Below are positions 52,001-64,000 of a stretch of 64,000 bases of DNA, piece after piece; positions within the stretch are counted from its first letter, which is position 1, and each line of letters begins with the position of its first letter. A program made the translations under genes and the position numbers. Below the pieces are notes generated by a model. That model was not told the origin of the DNA and searched no databases. It saw only the letters and a list, made by a program, of their open reading frames with translations. This DNA comes from Eledone cirrhosa (taxonomy: Eukaryota), in contig OZ024744.1 in the NCBI GenBank assembly GCA_964016885.1, forward strand, positions 79,608,001 to 79,672,000, written 5' to 3'.

Positions 52001-53085
52001 GTGTGGTATAGTTCACTGTACTGTGTCTATAACCAAGATACTTAACTATCAACAGTCCACCTAGCTGTAAGTAGGTACCACAGTGTGGTATAGTTCACTC
52101 TACTGTGTCTATAACCAACACACTTAACTATCAACAGTCCACCTAGCTGTAAGTAGGTACCACAGTGTGGTATAGTTCACTGTACTGTGTCTATAACCAA
52201 CACACTTAACTATCAACAGTCCACCTAGCTGTAAGTAGGTACCACAGTGTGGTATAGTTCACTGTACTGTGTCTATAACCAAGACACTTAACTATCAACA
52301 GTCCACCTAGCTGTAAGTAGGTACCACAGTGTGGTATAGTTCACTGTACTGTGTCTATAACCAAGACACTTAACTATCAACAGTCCACCTAGCTGTAAGT
52401 AGGTACCACAGTGTGGTATAGTTCACTGTACTGTGTCTATAACCAAGACACTTAACTGTCAACAGTCCACATAGCTGTAAGTAGGTACCACAGTGTGGTA
52501 TAGTTCACTGTACTGTGTCTATAACCAAGACACTTAACTGTCAACAGTCCACCTAGCTGTAAGTAGGTACCACAGTGTGGTATAGTTCACTGTACTGTGT
52601 CTATAACCAAGACACTTAACTGTCAACAGTCCACATAGCTGTAAGTAGGTACCACAGTGTGGTATAGTTCACTGTACTGTGTCTATAACCAAGACACTTA
52701 ACTGTCAACAGTCCACATAGCTGTAAGTAGGTACCACAGTGTGGTATAGTTCACTGTACTGTGTCTATAACCAAGACACTTAACTGTCAACAGTCCACAT
52801 AGCTGTAAGTAGGTACCACAGTGTGGTATAGTTCACTGTACTGTGTCTATAACCAAGACATTTAACTCTCAACAGTCCTCCTAGCTGTAAGTAGGTACCA
52901 CAGTGTGGTATAGTTCACTGTACTGTGTCTATAACCAAGACACTTAACTGTCAACAGTCCACATAGCTGTAAGTAGGTACCACAGTGTGGTATAGTTCAC
53001 TGTACTGTGTCTATAACCAAGACATTTAACTCTCAACAGTCCTCCTAGCTGTAAGTAGGTGCCATATTGTTGTACAGTTCACTGT
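49013..53085. repeat. Tandem array, 82-bp unit, about 50 copies, with higher-order duplications
   Basis: Unit cagtccacctagctgtaagtaggtaccacagtgtggtatagttcactgtactgtgtctataaccaagacacttaactatcaa; period 82 (for example 50741 to 50823). Confidence 0.97.
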
Positions 53086-53253
53086 AAATCTCTCCCATAT
53101 TCTTTTTTGCTTTCAAGATTATTTGAAAATTACAAACAATTAGAAATATGGAAATAAAAGGAATAAACTTTCTATGCAAAGCAAATTTTTTTTTTTTTTT
53201 CATTGAAAACTAATTTTTTTTAATGTTTTTTTTGTTTTTTTTTCTGATTGTAG

Positions 53254-53431
53254 AATTTGTTCCCTCAGCTATTTTTAACTCCAGCTCAGAAGCAACTACA
53301 TAAGCAACTGAAGTTTAAATCTCAGCAACTGCAACAGACAATTCTCAGGCAACAGGAAGAACTGAGACAAATCACTGAAGAACTTACTCTAGCACAACAG
53401 TTCATGCCAATTACTGATACTGCAAATCCAG
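53254..53431 (+). CDS. Clock: Clock coding exon encoding the exon-19 (delta19)-like coiled coil (QKQLHKQLKFKSQQLQQTILRQQEELRQITEELTLAQ)
   Basis: Long T-tract and tgtag acceptor, with an alternative in-frame acceptor 15 nt later; G|gtaggt donor; 178 nt, phase 0-1. RQQEELR matches mammalian CLOCK exon 19 (IHRQQEELRKIQEQL). Confidence 0.9.
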
Positions 53432-53444
53432 GTAGGTTAGAATG

Positions 53445-53830
53445 TTTTGTGGTTTGAGCCCATAGTGGTGGAGACTTCTGGTGTCCTTGGCCCTAGGATC
53501 ACTTCCCTACTCACCACCATTGGCACAGAGTTGGCTAGACGCAGGTGTGAGCCTCGTGAGTTGGAAAGGCTCTTCCAGTGCATCTTCTCACCATTCTCCA
53601 GGGAAACGCCTTCTCTATTCTGTCCTGCGGGGTGGCCAGACCATGGATCCCCAATTGCTCATAATAATGAGAGATTTGGGGGAGCTGGTGAGGCGGGGGC
53701 AATGACAGTGGGAGTTTGGTTCCTTTGTGTTCAAGCCAGGTGTATGTAAGAGATGGGGAGAGCGGGTGAGATGGAGACAGTGACAGTGGGAGTTTGGTTC
53801 CTTTGTGTTCTGACCATTCCACAGATTGAC
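53445..53830 (+). mobile_element. 3' fragment of a second CRE-like family
   Basis: FEPIVVETSGVLGP...IGTELARRRCEPRELERLFQ..QGNAFSILS matches the CRE C-terminus; related to 15330-15560 on the minus strand. Boundaries are approximate. Confidence 0.7.
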
Positions 53831-53961
53831 AGAATGTGTGCATTGTGGTGGTGTTTAATCCATGTTCATTCTTTTGTAAATCTAACTAACCAAACCACAC
53901 TGCTATACTAATAATACTATTTTTTCAATTTTACTGTCTTGGTCTTAGCCTCATCTTACTA

Positions 53962-54789
53962 TAGACAAGACACACCACTCCACTTTATAAATACATCAAC
54001 ATATCTAACACCATCAGTGTTATACCTTAGACAAGACACACCACTCTACTATATAAATACATCAACATATCTAACACCATCAGTGTTATACCTTAGACAA
54101 GACACACCACTCTACTATATAAATACATCAACATATCTAACACCATCAGTGTTATACCTTAGACAAGACACACCACTCTACTATATAAATACATCAACAT
54201 ATCTAACACCATCAGTATTATAACTACAGTGTTAAACCTTAGACAAGACACACCACTCTACTATATAAATACATCAACATATCTAACACCATCAGTGTTA
54301 TACCTTAGACAAGACACACCACTCTACTATATAAATACATCAACATATCTAACACCATCAGTGTTATACCTTAGACAAGACACACCACTCTACTATATAA
54401 ATACATCAACATATCTAACACCATCAGTATTATAACTACAGTGTTAAACCTTAGACAAGACACACCACTCTACTATATAAATACATCAACATATCTAACA
54501 CCATCAGTGTTATAACAACAGTGTTAAACCTTAGACAAGACACACCACTCTACTATATAAATACATCAACATATCTAACACCATTAGTGTTATAACAACA
54601 GTGTTAAACCTTAAACAAGACACACCACTCTACTATATAAATACATCAACATATCTAACACCATCAGTATTATAACTACAGTGTTAAACCTTAGACAAGA
54701 CACACCACTCTACTATATAAATACATCAACATATGTAACACCATCAGTGTTATAACAACAGTGTTAAACCTTAGACAAGACACACCATT
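53962..54789. repeat. Second array of the same satellite, mixing 66-bp and 80-bp units (about 11 units)
   Basis: Same unit and orientation as 7870-9501; the 66-bp variant lacks actacagtgttaaa. Confidence 0.95.
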
Positions 54790-55068
54790 CTCTATAAATG
54801 CAGTAACATGGTTAGCATTACAAATAGCAAAGGATTACACTTTAGATAAGGTGTTCTACCACGTCCATCACCTTATTTAACATAATTAATATTAGGATTT
54901 TAAAAGAATTGAATTAAGGAAGTTTATTTTTTATATTCTATTTCTTTTTCTTTTTCTTGTAAATTTTTCATAAGGAAATTTACACGTCTCTTTAGTGCCA
55001 TTCTTTCTTCTGTTGAGAACGACCATTTTATCTTAATAGTTGATATTTAACTCTTAATGTCCTGTACC

Positions 55069-55382
55069 CAGGGCTGGATTTAATGGGGAGCAAAAGGGGG
55101 AATTGCCCTGGGGCCCCTGCTATTGGGGGGTGACACCAGCCATAGCAATTTATTTGAGCCCTCAGCTGTTGTTTTTTAATTTTAAGATGGTTAGAAATTT
55201 GAATGTAATACCTGTATGTATAACCTTTCAATTCAAATTACTTGCACCAAGCTAACTTTAATATGTAAAGTGTGTGTGTGTGGGGAGGGGGGGGGGGGGG
55301 GCTGTGTATTCTAATTCTTTGTGTATGAGGGGCCCCCAAACCTGAAGTACTCTGGGCCTCCCAAGGTCTAAATCTGACACTG
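55069..55382. mobile_element. hAT MITE
   Basis: Imperfect TIR CAGGGCTGGATTTA / TAAATCTGACACTG; perfect 8-bp TSD cctgtacc at 55061-55068 and 55383-55390. Confidence 0.82.
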
Positions 55383-55892
55383 CCTGTACCACTTGGAATC
55401 ACATTAGCAAGACATTCTTGAAAAATACAAAACATCACATTAAAAATTAAAGTCTGTACTTTAAGACTGCAAATTTTCACAAAACTCTGTCCACAATTGA
55501 AGATACTATAACAAACGTTTGAATTTTAAAACTCATTTTTAGACATTTTCTGCTAAATCTTTACAGAATGTTATAAGTTGATACTATTGTATTTTCACAG
55601 TAAACACTTATCTCACATAATATCGAATCTATGAGATTTTGATATTATTTATCTTGAGAGCAATACGTTAACATCAATATGAGTGGCCAGTCATGGCTGG
55701 TTTGAACAGAAAAACAGAGAATTCTGGCCAGATATGGCCAGTTTAAATGCTAAAGGGTTAAATTGAGTGAATTCATCTGCTTTCTGTCTGATATGGTACT
55801 AATTAATTTTATAACCTTAGTCAACAGAATTTTTATTTAGTCCTTCTGTTACCAAACCACCCTTCATTTATCATTGTTGTTGTCATCATCAT

Positions 55893-56127
55893 TTTAGCAG
55901 TATTAGTTATAGATGTTATCGAGATACGAGTGACATAATAATTATTTCAACAGCAGAAATTAGAGATGAAATATACGTTTATTTTTTGATGTAGCACAAA
56001 CAATGGTGTTGTACAGAGGCTGGTTTCTGGCGTGTGATCAGTCGGCTTTCCAGTGGCTGTCTGTCTTTTCTTTCTGGAGTTCTCAACCGGCGTTGTTCTA
56101 TCAAGGAGCGTGAGGCGTCTTACTACA
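55893..56127 (-). repeat. 3' LTR of the Gypsy element
   Basis: Direct repeat of 61010-61244; one mismatch seen (ctggAgttc vs ctggCgttc). Confidence 0.95.
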
Positions 56128-56351
56128 GTACCTCGAGCCAGATTTTCAAATTATCGAAAATCGATGTCATTACTCACATGTGGAGTAAGATGGCGAACAA
56201 TGCAACAAGGGGGAGCTATCCGCTCTAGCAAAAATTGAATCCAGAATAAGGATTTGAAAAATGTAAAAAAAAAACGACGTGCATGCATAAAAAAACAAGG
56301 CAAAGAAAAAGCAGAAACACAGAGGCAAAAAAAAGGTGCAGCTAACATAGT

Positions 56352-59300
56352 CTAAATATAGACGGTGCTGCAAAATGTTTTGGGCCAGTGGACCCTACGA
56401 CCTGAACGGGTCGTGGTCTTGTAACGTGGCGATGGTGGTGGTGTAGGGACAGGCGATGATGGTGGTTCAGGAACAGGCGTTCGCTCAACAGGCAAATACG
56501 AAGGGGTTCGTGGATCAGGAACCACAGCGTTCGTGTCAAGGTGCGCCTGCTTAAGCCTGTCTATTGTAACTGTCTCCCTGGACCCCTTAATATCTAACGT
56601 GAAATGCTTAGCCGAGCGCGCTAAGACACGGTAAGGTCCAGTGTAAGGCTGTGTGAGCGGGGGCTTCACAGAATCTTTCCTTACAAAGACATGCGTCCAC
56701 GAGGCAATATCCCTCGGGACAGCAGTCTTGACAGTTTGTTTCCTAGTGTCCATTGGCGGCAAATCCTGGAAATAGGAACGCAAACGGGACACGTAGGAAG
56801 CGTGATCTTAGGGAGGTACTCGCTCCAATGCGCCGAGTCCATTGAGGCCATTAAGGAGGCCTTCAGTTGGCGGTGAAAACGCTCCACCATACCATTCGAA
56901 GCGGGATGGTATGCTGTAGTTCTAATGTGTCTAGCACCAATTAATTTTGACAGCTCGAGGAAAAGGCTCGACTTGAACTGTCGTCCACGGTCGGTAGTTA
57001 TTGTGGATGGAACTCCATAACGAGAGATCCATCCAGACACAAGAGCACGTGCTGTTGTCTCCGCGGTGATGTTTTTCAAGGGGATGGCCTCAGGCCATCT
57101 CGAAAAACGGTCAATGACGGTAAGTAGATAAGAAAAACCATCGCTGACAGGCCAAGGTCCCACTATGTCAATATGAATATGTGAAAAACGCGCATCTGGG
57201 TTAGCAAAGGTACCCAGGGGAGCCTTGACGTGTCGATGGACCTTTGATCTCTGGCAAGCGACGCAGGAACGGCACCAAGCAGCAATTTCACGCCTCATAT
57301 TTGGCCAGAAAAATCTAGCTGATATGAGCTTTGCTGTGGCAGAAGATCCTGGATGCGAGATACAATGTAATCCCAGAAACACGGTCCGACGATGATTCTC
57401 TGGAACGAAGGGCCTAGGCACGTCCAAAGAGACGTCGCAGAGAATTTGGCCAACTGCAGTCGACAGAGGCAAGTATTTCATCTCGCAATTCGCAAACTCG
57501 GGCGATGTAACATCCAATGACTCAAGGGGAGGCTGATCCGCAGCCAAACGAGTCAGATCTATGTCAGAGGATGACGAGATCGCTGTCACGGGTAAGCGGG
57601 ACAAAGCATCGGCCGCTGTATTTAGTGAACCCGGAATGTGCTGGATATCACTCGTATATTGCGAGATGAAATCAAGGTGTCTCGTCTCTCTGGGCGAGTA
57701 TTTATCAGCCTTCGCTCTCAAAGCAAAAGTCAATGGTTTATGGTCAGTGAGGATAGTAAATTGTCTACCCTCTAGTACATGTGAAAAATGTTTCACGGCC
57801 AAATAGATGGCTAAAAGCTCCCTTCCAAAGGTGCTGTAGCGCGTCTCAGCAGGATTTAGCTTTTTGGAAAAAAACTCCAGCGGTTGCTGGTAACCATTGA
57901 TGTTTTGCTGTAGTACTGCGCCCACAGTGATATCCGATGCATCAACACAAAGCGTTAGCTTTGCACCGGGTACCGGGTGAGTCAGTAACGAAGCATTAGC
58001 CAAAACAGTTTTGGCGTGCTGAAAATCAGCAAGTTGAGTGTCTGTCAAAGAAATATCTTTGTTCTTCCTCCGACAATTTTTCAAAATTTCTGTCAGGGAG
58101 AAAAGCAATTTTGCACAATTTGGCACGAAACGCCTATAAAAGTTAACCAGACCTAAGAACTGGCATAACTGACGTAGTGAGGTCGGTGGAGGCAAATCCT
58201 CTATGACCTTAACTCGCTCAGGCCGGGGTCGAATACCGTCAGCATCGATGACGTGACCCAAGAAAATCAGTGACTCAGCACCAAAAACACATTTGGGTGC
58301 ATTAAGCTGCACGTTATACGCCTTCAATCGGCGGAAAAGAAGATTCAAATGGTGCGTATGCTGCTCTGGAGAAGAACTAGCAATGAGCAGATCGTCAATA
58401 TAGGTATAGACGAAATCGAGGCCGCGAGTAACCTCATCCATAAACCGCTGAAAAGTACTAGCGGCATTCCTTAATCCGAACGGCATAGTCAAAAACTCGA
58501 AAGACCCAAATGGCGTAACTATAGCCGTTTTTGGAATGTCATTTTTGATGGTACGCACGAATTAAATCCAGTTTGGAGAATATCTTGCATCCCTGCAACG
58601 AAGACGCAAAATCTTGCAGATGAGGGATAGGATAACGGTCCGGTACCATTATCGAATTCAGGCGTCGATAATCTCCAGTAGGTCTCCAATCGCCAGACAC
58701 TTTCGGTACCATGTGTAATGGGGACGCCCACGGGCTCATGGACGGACGAATAATCCCCATTTGCAGCATATGATCAAACTCTGATCGTGCTGCTTTGAGT
58801 TTGTCCGGAGGCAAGCGACGAGGACGAGAGAAAACGGGAGCACGAGTTGTAGATATGAAGTGCTCCGTGGTATGAGTTGGTTCATCAAATCGAAAATTTC
58901 CCCGAGTCAGTTGCGGGAACGAGTTCAACAACGCATGGAAAGGATCACCGGTGTTAGCAAGAAAAAATGTTGGGCTAACCGTTGGAACTCCTGCTGCCTT
59001 GCCAACAACAGTTAATCCCGTGATGCCATCAATTAGGCGTTTACCACGAAGGTCCACCGTCAATGAAAAATGGTGGAGAAAATCCGTGCCTAGAATCGGA
59101 TACGGCAAGGCAGCGACAGTAAATATCCATTTAAACTCGCGCCACAGATTACGAAACTGCAAAGGTAACGAGATTTGTCCGAAAGTTCGAATCGGCGAAC
59201 AATTTACTGCCTGCAACTCAATAGGCGTCTCAGGGGGAGTCTCCTTCATACAACACACAGGCCATACGGAACAAGCTGCACCTGTGTCAACCAGAAAAGC

Positions 59301-59408
59301 TCTACCTGACAGCAGGTCCTCAATGAAAAAGTGGCGGTTAGATGTTGTTTCGCAGAGCGCACTATCCGCCGTTAGTGACTCTGGTCGTCTTTTCCCTCGT
59401 AAGCACAA
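56352..59408 (-). pseudogene. Gypsy pol (PR-RT-RH-IN), broken by a frameshift/deletion near 58545 and a deletion near 56805
   Basis: ORFs 58539-59408, 56681-58558 and 56352-56792 are consecutive pol pieces in different frames. Confidence 0.9.
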
Positions 59409-60142
59409 GGAGGCCTACAACGGGCGGCTTTTTTACCATATCTTTCATGGTAATAACAATATGGTGTTCCTGGTGTGTTGGAAGGGCTACGGTGGCGAGA
59501 AGTTGAATAACGTTGTGAGCGGCTCCTCTGCCGTCCAAAGGACCTGAATTCCTTGCACAACTCCACCATTTGACGAGTCATGGCTTCCATTGTGGTGATT
59601 AAATTGCCATCAGACGCTGATGAGCGTGATTGAGGAAGAGGAAGCAACGTACTTTGGCTTCGAAGTGTCTCTCTTCGTCACCTCTACAATTTTGTCAGCA
59701 GAGACAGCAATGTGATCCAGGGTATTCACCTCTAGCATATGGGCTAGGATCGCCTGTACCTCTTGAGGTAGGCGAGAGAAGAACAATTGCTTCAGGAAAG
59801 GGCTATCCTGATCTTGGGAATCGCTCAAATCCCGCAAATGCCGGAGAAAAGCGGTAAGAGTCCTGTCACCTAATCGTTCGTCCTCGATCAGTGACCGAAA
59901 ACGACTCTCTACCGACTTACAATTCCTCCTCAAAATCTCGCCCTTCAAAAACTCATACGTCAAGTCAGAGGGGGGTCTGTAATTAGGTCTTGGACCGAAT
60001 CTGCTAGATTAGGGGGAAGGCCGCTAATCAGTACAGCGAGGCGCTGGTCAGATTCGGTCTTACAGACCGTAAAATACGCCTGTAACTGGGCAAACCACAT
60101 CTTAGGTTTTCCAGTAAAGGCAGGCAAATGTGGCACATTCAT
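59372..60142 (-). pseudogene. Gypsy gag, split by two frameshifts
   Basis: ORFs 59960-60142, 59610-59963 and 59372-59647 carry PAF..PKMWFAQL, YEFLKGEIL, LGDR and the Cys/His box, in three different frames. Confidence 0.88.
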
Positions 60143-60993
60143 GTTAACTTTTATAAAAAAAATATATACATATATATCTAAATAGCAATTAATGTACCCT
60201 TGTACAGTGAAAAGAGAACAGCCAATATTGAGAAAAAGTTAAAGGGCAAAAAGAAACAGACATTCAAAACATAAGGAAATATGAAAAATACATAAAATAC
60301 AGATATATATCTTTTAAAAAAAAAATTTTCCTTCAACGTCTGTCCCCTCGCGTTGCTTCAACGAACCAGCCAAATCAAATAAGGTAAAAAAAAAGGAGGA
60401 AAAAAATGTTTGTTTTTTTTTTAAATATATCCGCGTTGGATATCAACAAAGGTAGCCAGTGGCTAAAAATCCCTTAGAAAAAGGTAAGGCATGTATATCC
60501 CCATGCGGGGCAGTTATGTTCACAAAAAAAAGTTTAGTCTCTTCTCTCTTGATCAGTCATGGAACACACACGCAATTCAAAAAATGGGAAGGAACGCAAC
60601 GCCACCTTGGAAAAATACACTTTTTTCTTTTTTCTTCTGTAAGTTGCGAAAAAGTTGGCAACGGAAATGGAATATTCAAGTGAATAAAAAAAAGTTGCTC
60701 TAAATTATCGACACGAATGAATCGTTTTGATATTTCCGATGTGTGGTGGTTTGCGTCGGTAGGGCTATGAAGCTGCCACTCACTATTCCCTGTTTTGGTC
60801 AGTGGTTAAACAATGTTGTCGCTGCTGCTGCTGTCGTTGTTGTTGTCGAGTGTAGCAAAAAGTTTTGAAATACTACTAACTTTTCGATAATTTTAAAAGG
60901 AATATTTTTTATTTTCGCAAGTTGCGAAAAAAGGCCGGCAATGTGGCAATAAAAGTTCAAGTGAATGAAAAAGAAGGGCTGCGTTAAATTCTT

Positions 60994-61008
60994 ACGTCGG
61001 GGTCACCA
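60994..61008 (-). promoter_or_regulatory. Primer-binding site complementary to the tRNA-Trp 3' end
   Basis: Minus strand TGGTGACCCCGACGT lies 1 nt from the 5' LTR. The plus strand ACGTCGGGGTCACCA equals the 3' end of metazoan tRNA-Trp(CCA). Confidence 0.85.
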
Positions 61009-61009
61009 C

Positions 61010-61244
61010 TTTAGCAGTATTAGTTATAGATGTTATCGAGATACGAGTGACATAATAATTATTTCAACAGCAGAAATTAGAGATGAAATATACGTTTATT
61101 TTTTGATGTAGCACAAACAATGGTGTTGTACAGAGGCTGGTTTCTGGCGTGTGATCAGTCGGCTTTCCAGTGGCTGTCTGTCTTTTCTTTCTGGCGTTCT
61201 CAACCGGCGTTGTTCTATCAAGGAGCGTGAGGCGTCTTACTACA
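61010..61244 (-). repeat. 5' LTR of the Gypsy element
   Basis: Direct repeat of 55893-56127; starts TGTAG on the minus strand and is followed by the PBS. Confidence 0.95.
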
Positions 61245-62269
61245 GCATCATCGTTTTTCCGTCCTTTTCAGCTCAGCATTTCACCACTCGTTGCATTCCT
61301 ACATGACACTATGATATAAAGTATGTGTAAATTTATTGTAAAAGATCCAAGTGTCTTTTGTGGTTATAAAAATGAAAAAGGAGGGAAGGGGTAGTGGGCT
61401 CTAGGCCTAGGGTGCAGTGATATAAATATCTTTTAATTTTAAAGTCTTCATATTTATGTATATTTGAACTTGCTATCAGAATTTTATGCAAGAAAATTTT
61501 ATGTTTCAAACACCAAGATGAAAATGAAAACGTTAATTATTTTACTAAATTCTTCTAAATTCTCAATTATTTTCAAAATTTATTGAAATACTTTGGCCTT
61601 GTGTTTCATTAGAAATATGGTAACAAAAGGGTAAATGTTCGTTTTTATGTACTTTGGATGATATATTTAAACACAAAGTATTAGTCATTCCACGACTGTA
61701 GTCACTTTCTCAAGATCTATCTTAACCTTTTAGCATTTAAACCAGCCGTATCCGGCCAGAATGCTCTCACCTCTTTACGTTCAAACAGGCCATAACCGTC
61801 CACTCATACTGATGTTAAAGTATTGTTCTCAAAATGAATAATATCAAAATCTCATAGATTTGATATTATGTGAGGTAAAGTCTTTACTGTGAAAATACAA
61901 TAGTAAATATAGAGTAATGTAAATGGTAAAGGGTTAAATAATGTTTTACCTTAGGCAAAACACACCACTATGCACACACTACTACTACTTCTACATACAT
62001 ACACCACTACACACACACAATCTCACCTCACCATAACACTATCAATTGAACTGAATCCATAACCATGTGGTTTTAAAACAAACTTTTTAATCACATAACC
62101 ATACTTGCTCCATATCATATATCATCATCATCACCTTTGCTGTTTTACATCCATTTTTCCCCCCGTGATTGCATTAGTTCACCTAACTAATTTTAAGTTC
62201 TAATTAATAATTTTTTTTTTGTGTTTGTTTTTTTTAAATTAGCTATCTGTTTTTATATATTATTTGCAG

Positions 62270-62496
62270 GAACCCAAATGTTGATGATGAATCCCACATT
62301 TACTTCACAGACAACCGATGTACACAACACAGCTTCGACTTCCCAGTTTAACATTTTGCAACACCCTGTCACCATCCAACAGCCCGTACAACAACAGTTT
62401 TTGCCTTTCCAAATACTTCCCACTACCTCTGGACAAATCCTGCGTCAATCACCCAGCTCCAGTACACCAAATGTACACCAACAACCACAGCAGTGA
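62270..62496 (+). CDS. Clock: Clock terminal coding exon (GTQMLMMNPTFTSQ...NVHQQPQQ*)
   Basis: tttgcag acceptor in the phase (1) required by the previous exon; Q/P/S/T-rich; TGA at 62494-62496. The summed exon length (2205) is divisible by 3. Confidence 0.8.
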
Positions 62497-62529
62497 TATA
62501 TTGTTGCATTGTCAAATAGTGCTTGGAAT

Positions 62530-64000
<1,471 letters not shown>

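Larger units (their letters stand above)
55893..61244 (-). mobile_element. Gypsy/Ty3-type LTR retrotransposon (gag, protease, RT, RNase H, integrase), disrupted
   Basis: 235-bp LTRs at both ends. Gag with YCYYHERYG..RCRPPC; protease FLVDTGA; RT YIDDLL; RNase H VDAS/TDHKPL; integrase HHCC and D-D-E region. Domain order is PR-RT-RH-IN. Confidence 0.97.

Noticed and set aside
49013-53085. Regular arrays resembling CRISPR (also 7870-9501 and 53962-54789)
   Set aside because: Units are repeated in full with no unique spacers, there are no cas genes, and the context is a eukaryotic intron.

Overview
Eukaryotic, AT- and microsatellite-rich genomic DNA. It is most likely from a coleoid cephalopod (octopod), inferred from the repeat landscape only. 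The window holds the 3' part of a single + strand gene, the circadian bHLH-PAS transcription factor Clock. Ten coding exons (5188 to the stop at 62496) splice with consistent phases into 2205 nt, or 734 aa plus stop: late PAS-A, PAS-B/PAC, a very long polyQ exon, an exon-19-like coiled coil and a short C-terminus. The bHLH exons and the start lie upstream of the window. Introns are packed with mobile DNA: a near full-length RTE LINE with a TSD and a candidate 5' HDV-like ribozyme, a young but internally broken Gypsy LTR element with a tRNA-Trp PBS, CRE-type endonuclease fragments, Helitrons, hAT, piggyBac and Merlin-like MITEs, tRNA-derived SINEs and three satellite arrays. The least expected signal is a set of fold-back (palindromic) Penelope-like termini carrying hammerhead-ribozyme halves. 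One of them (41179-41230) keeps a complete CUGAUGA/GAAA/GUA core on the Clock sense strand. All calls are by eye; no searches or folding programs were run.
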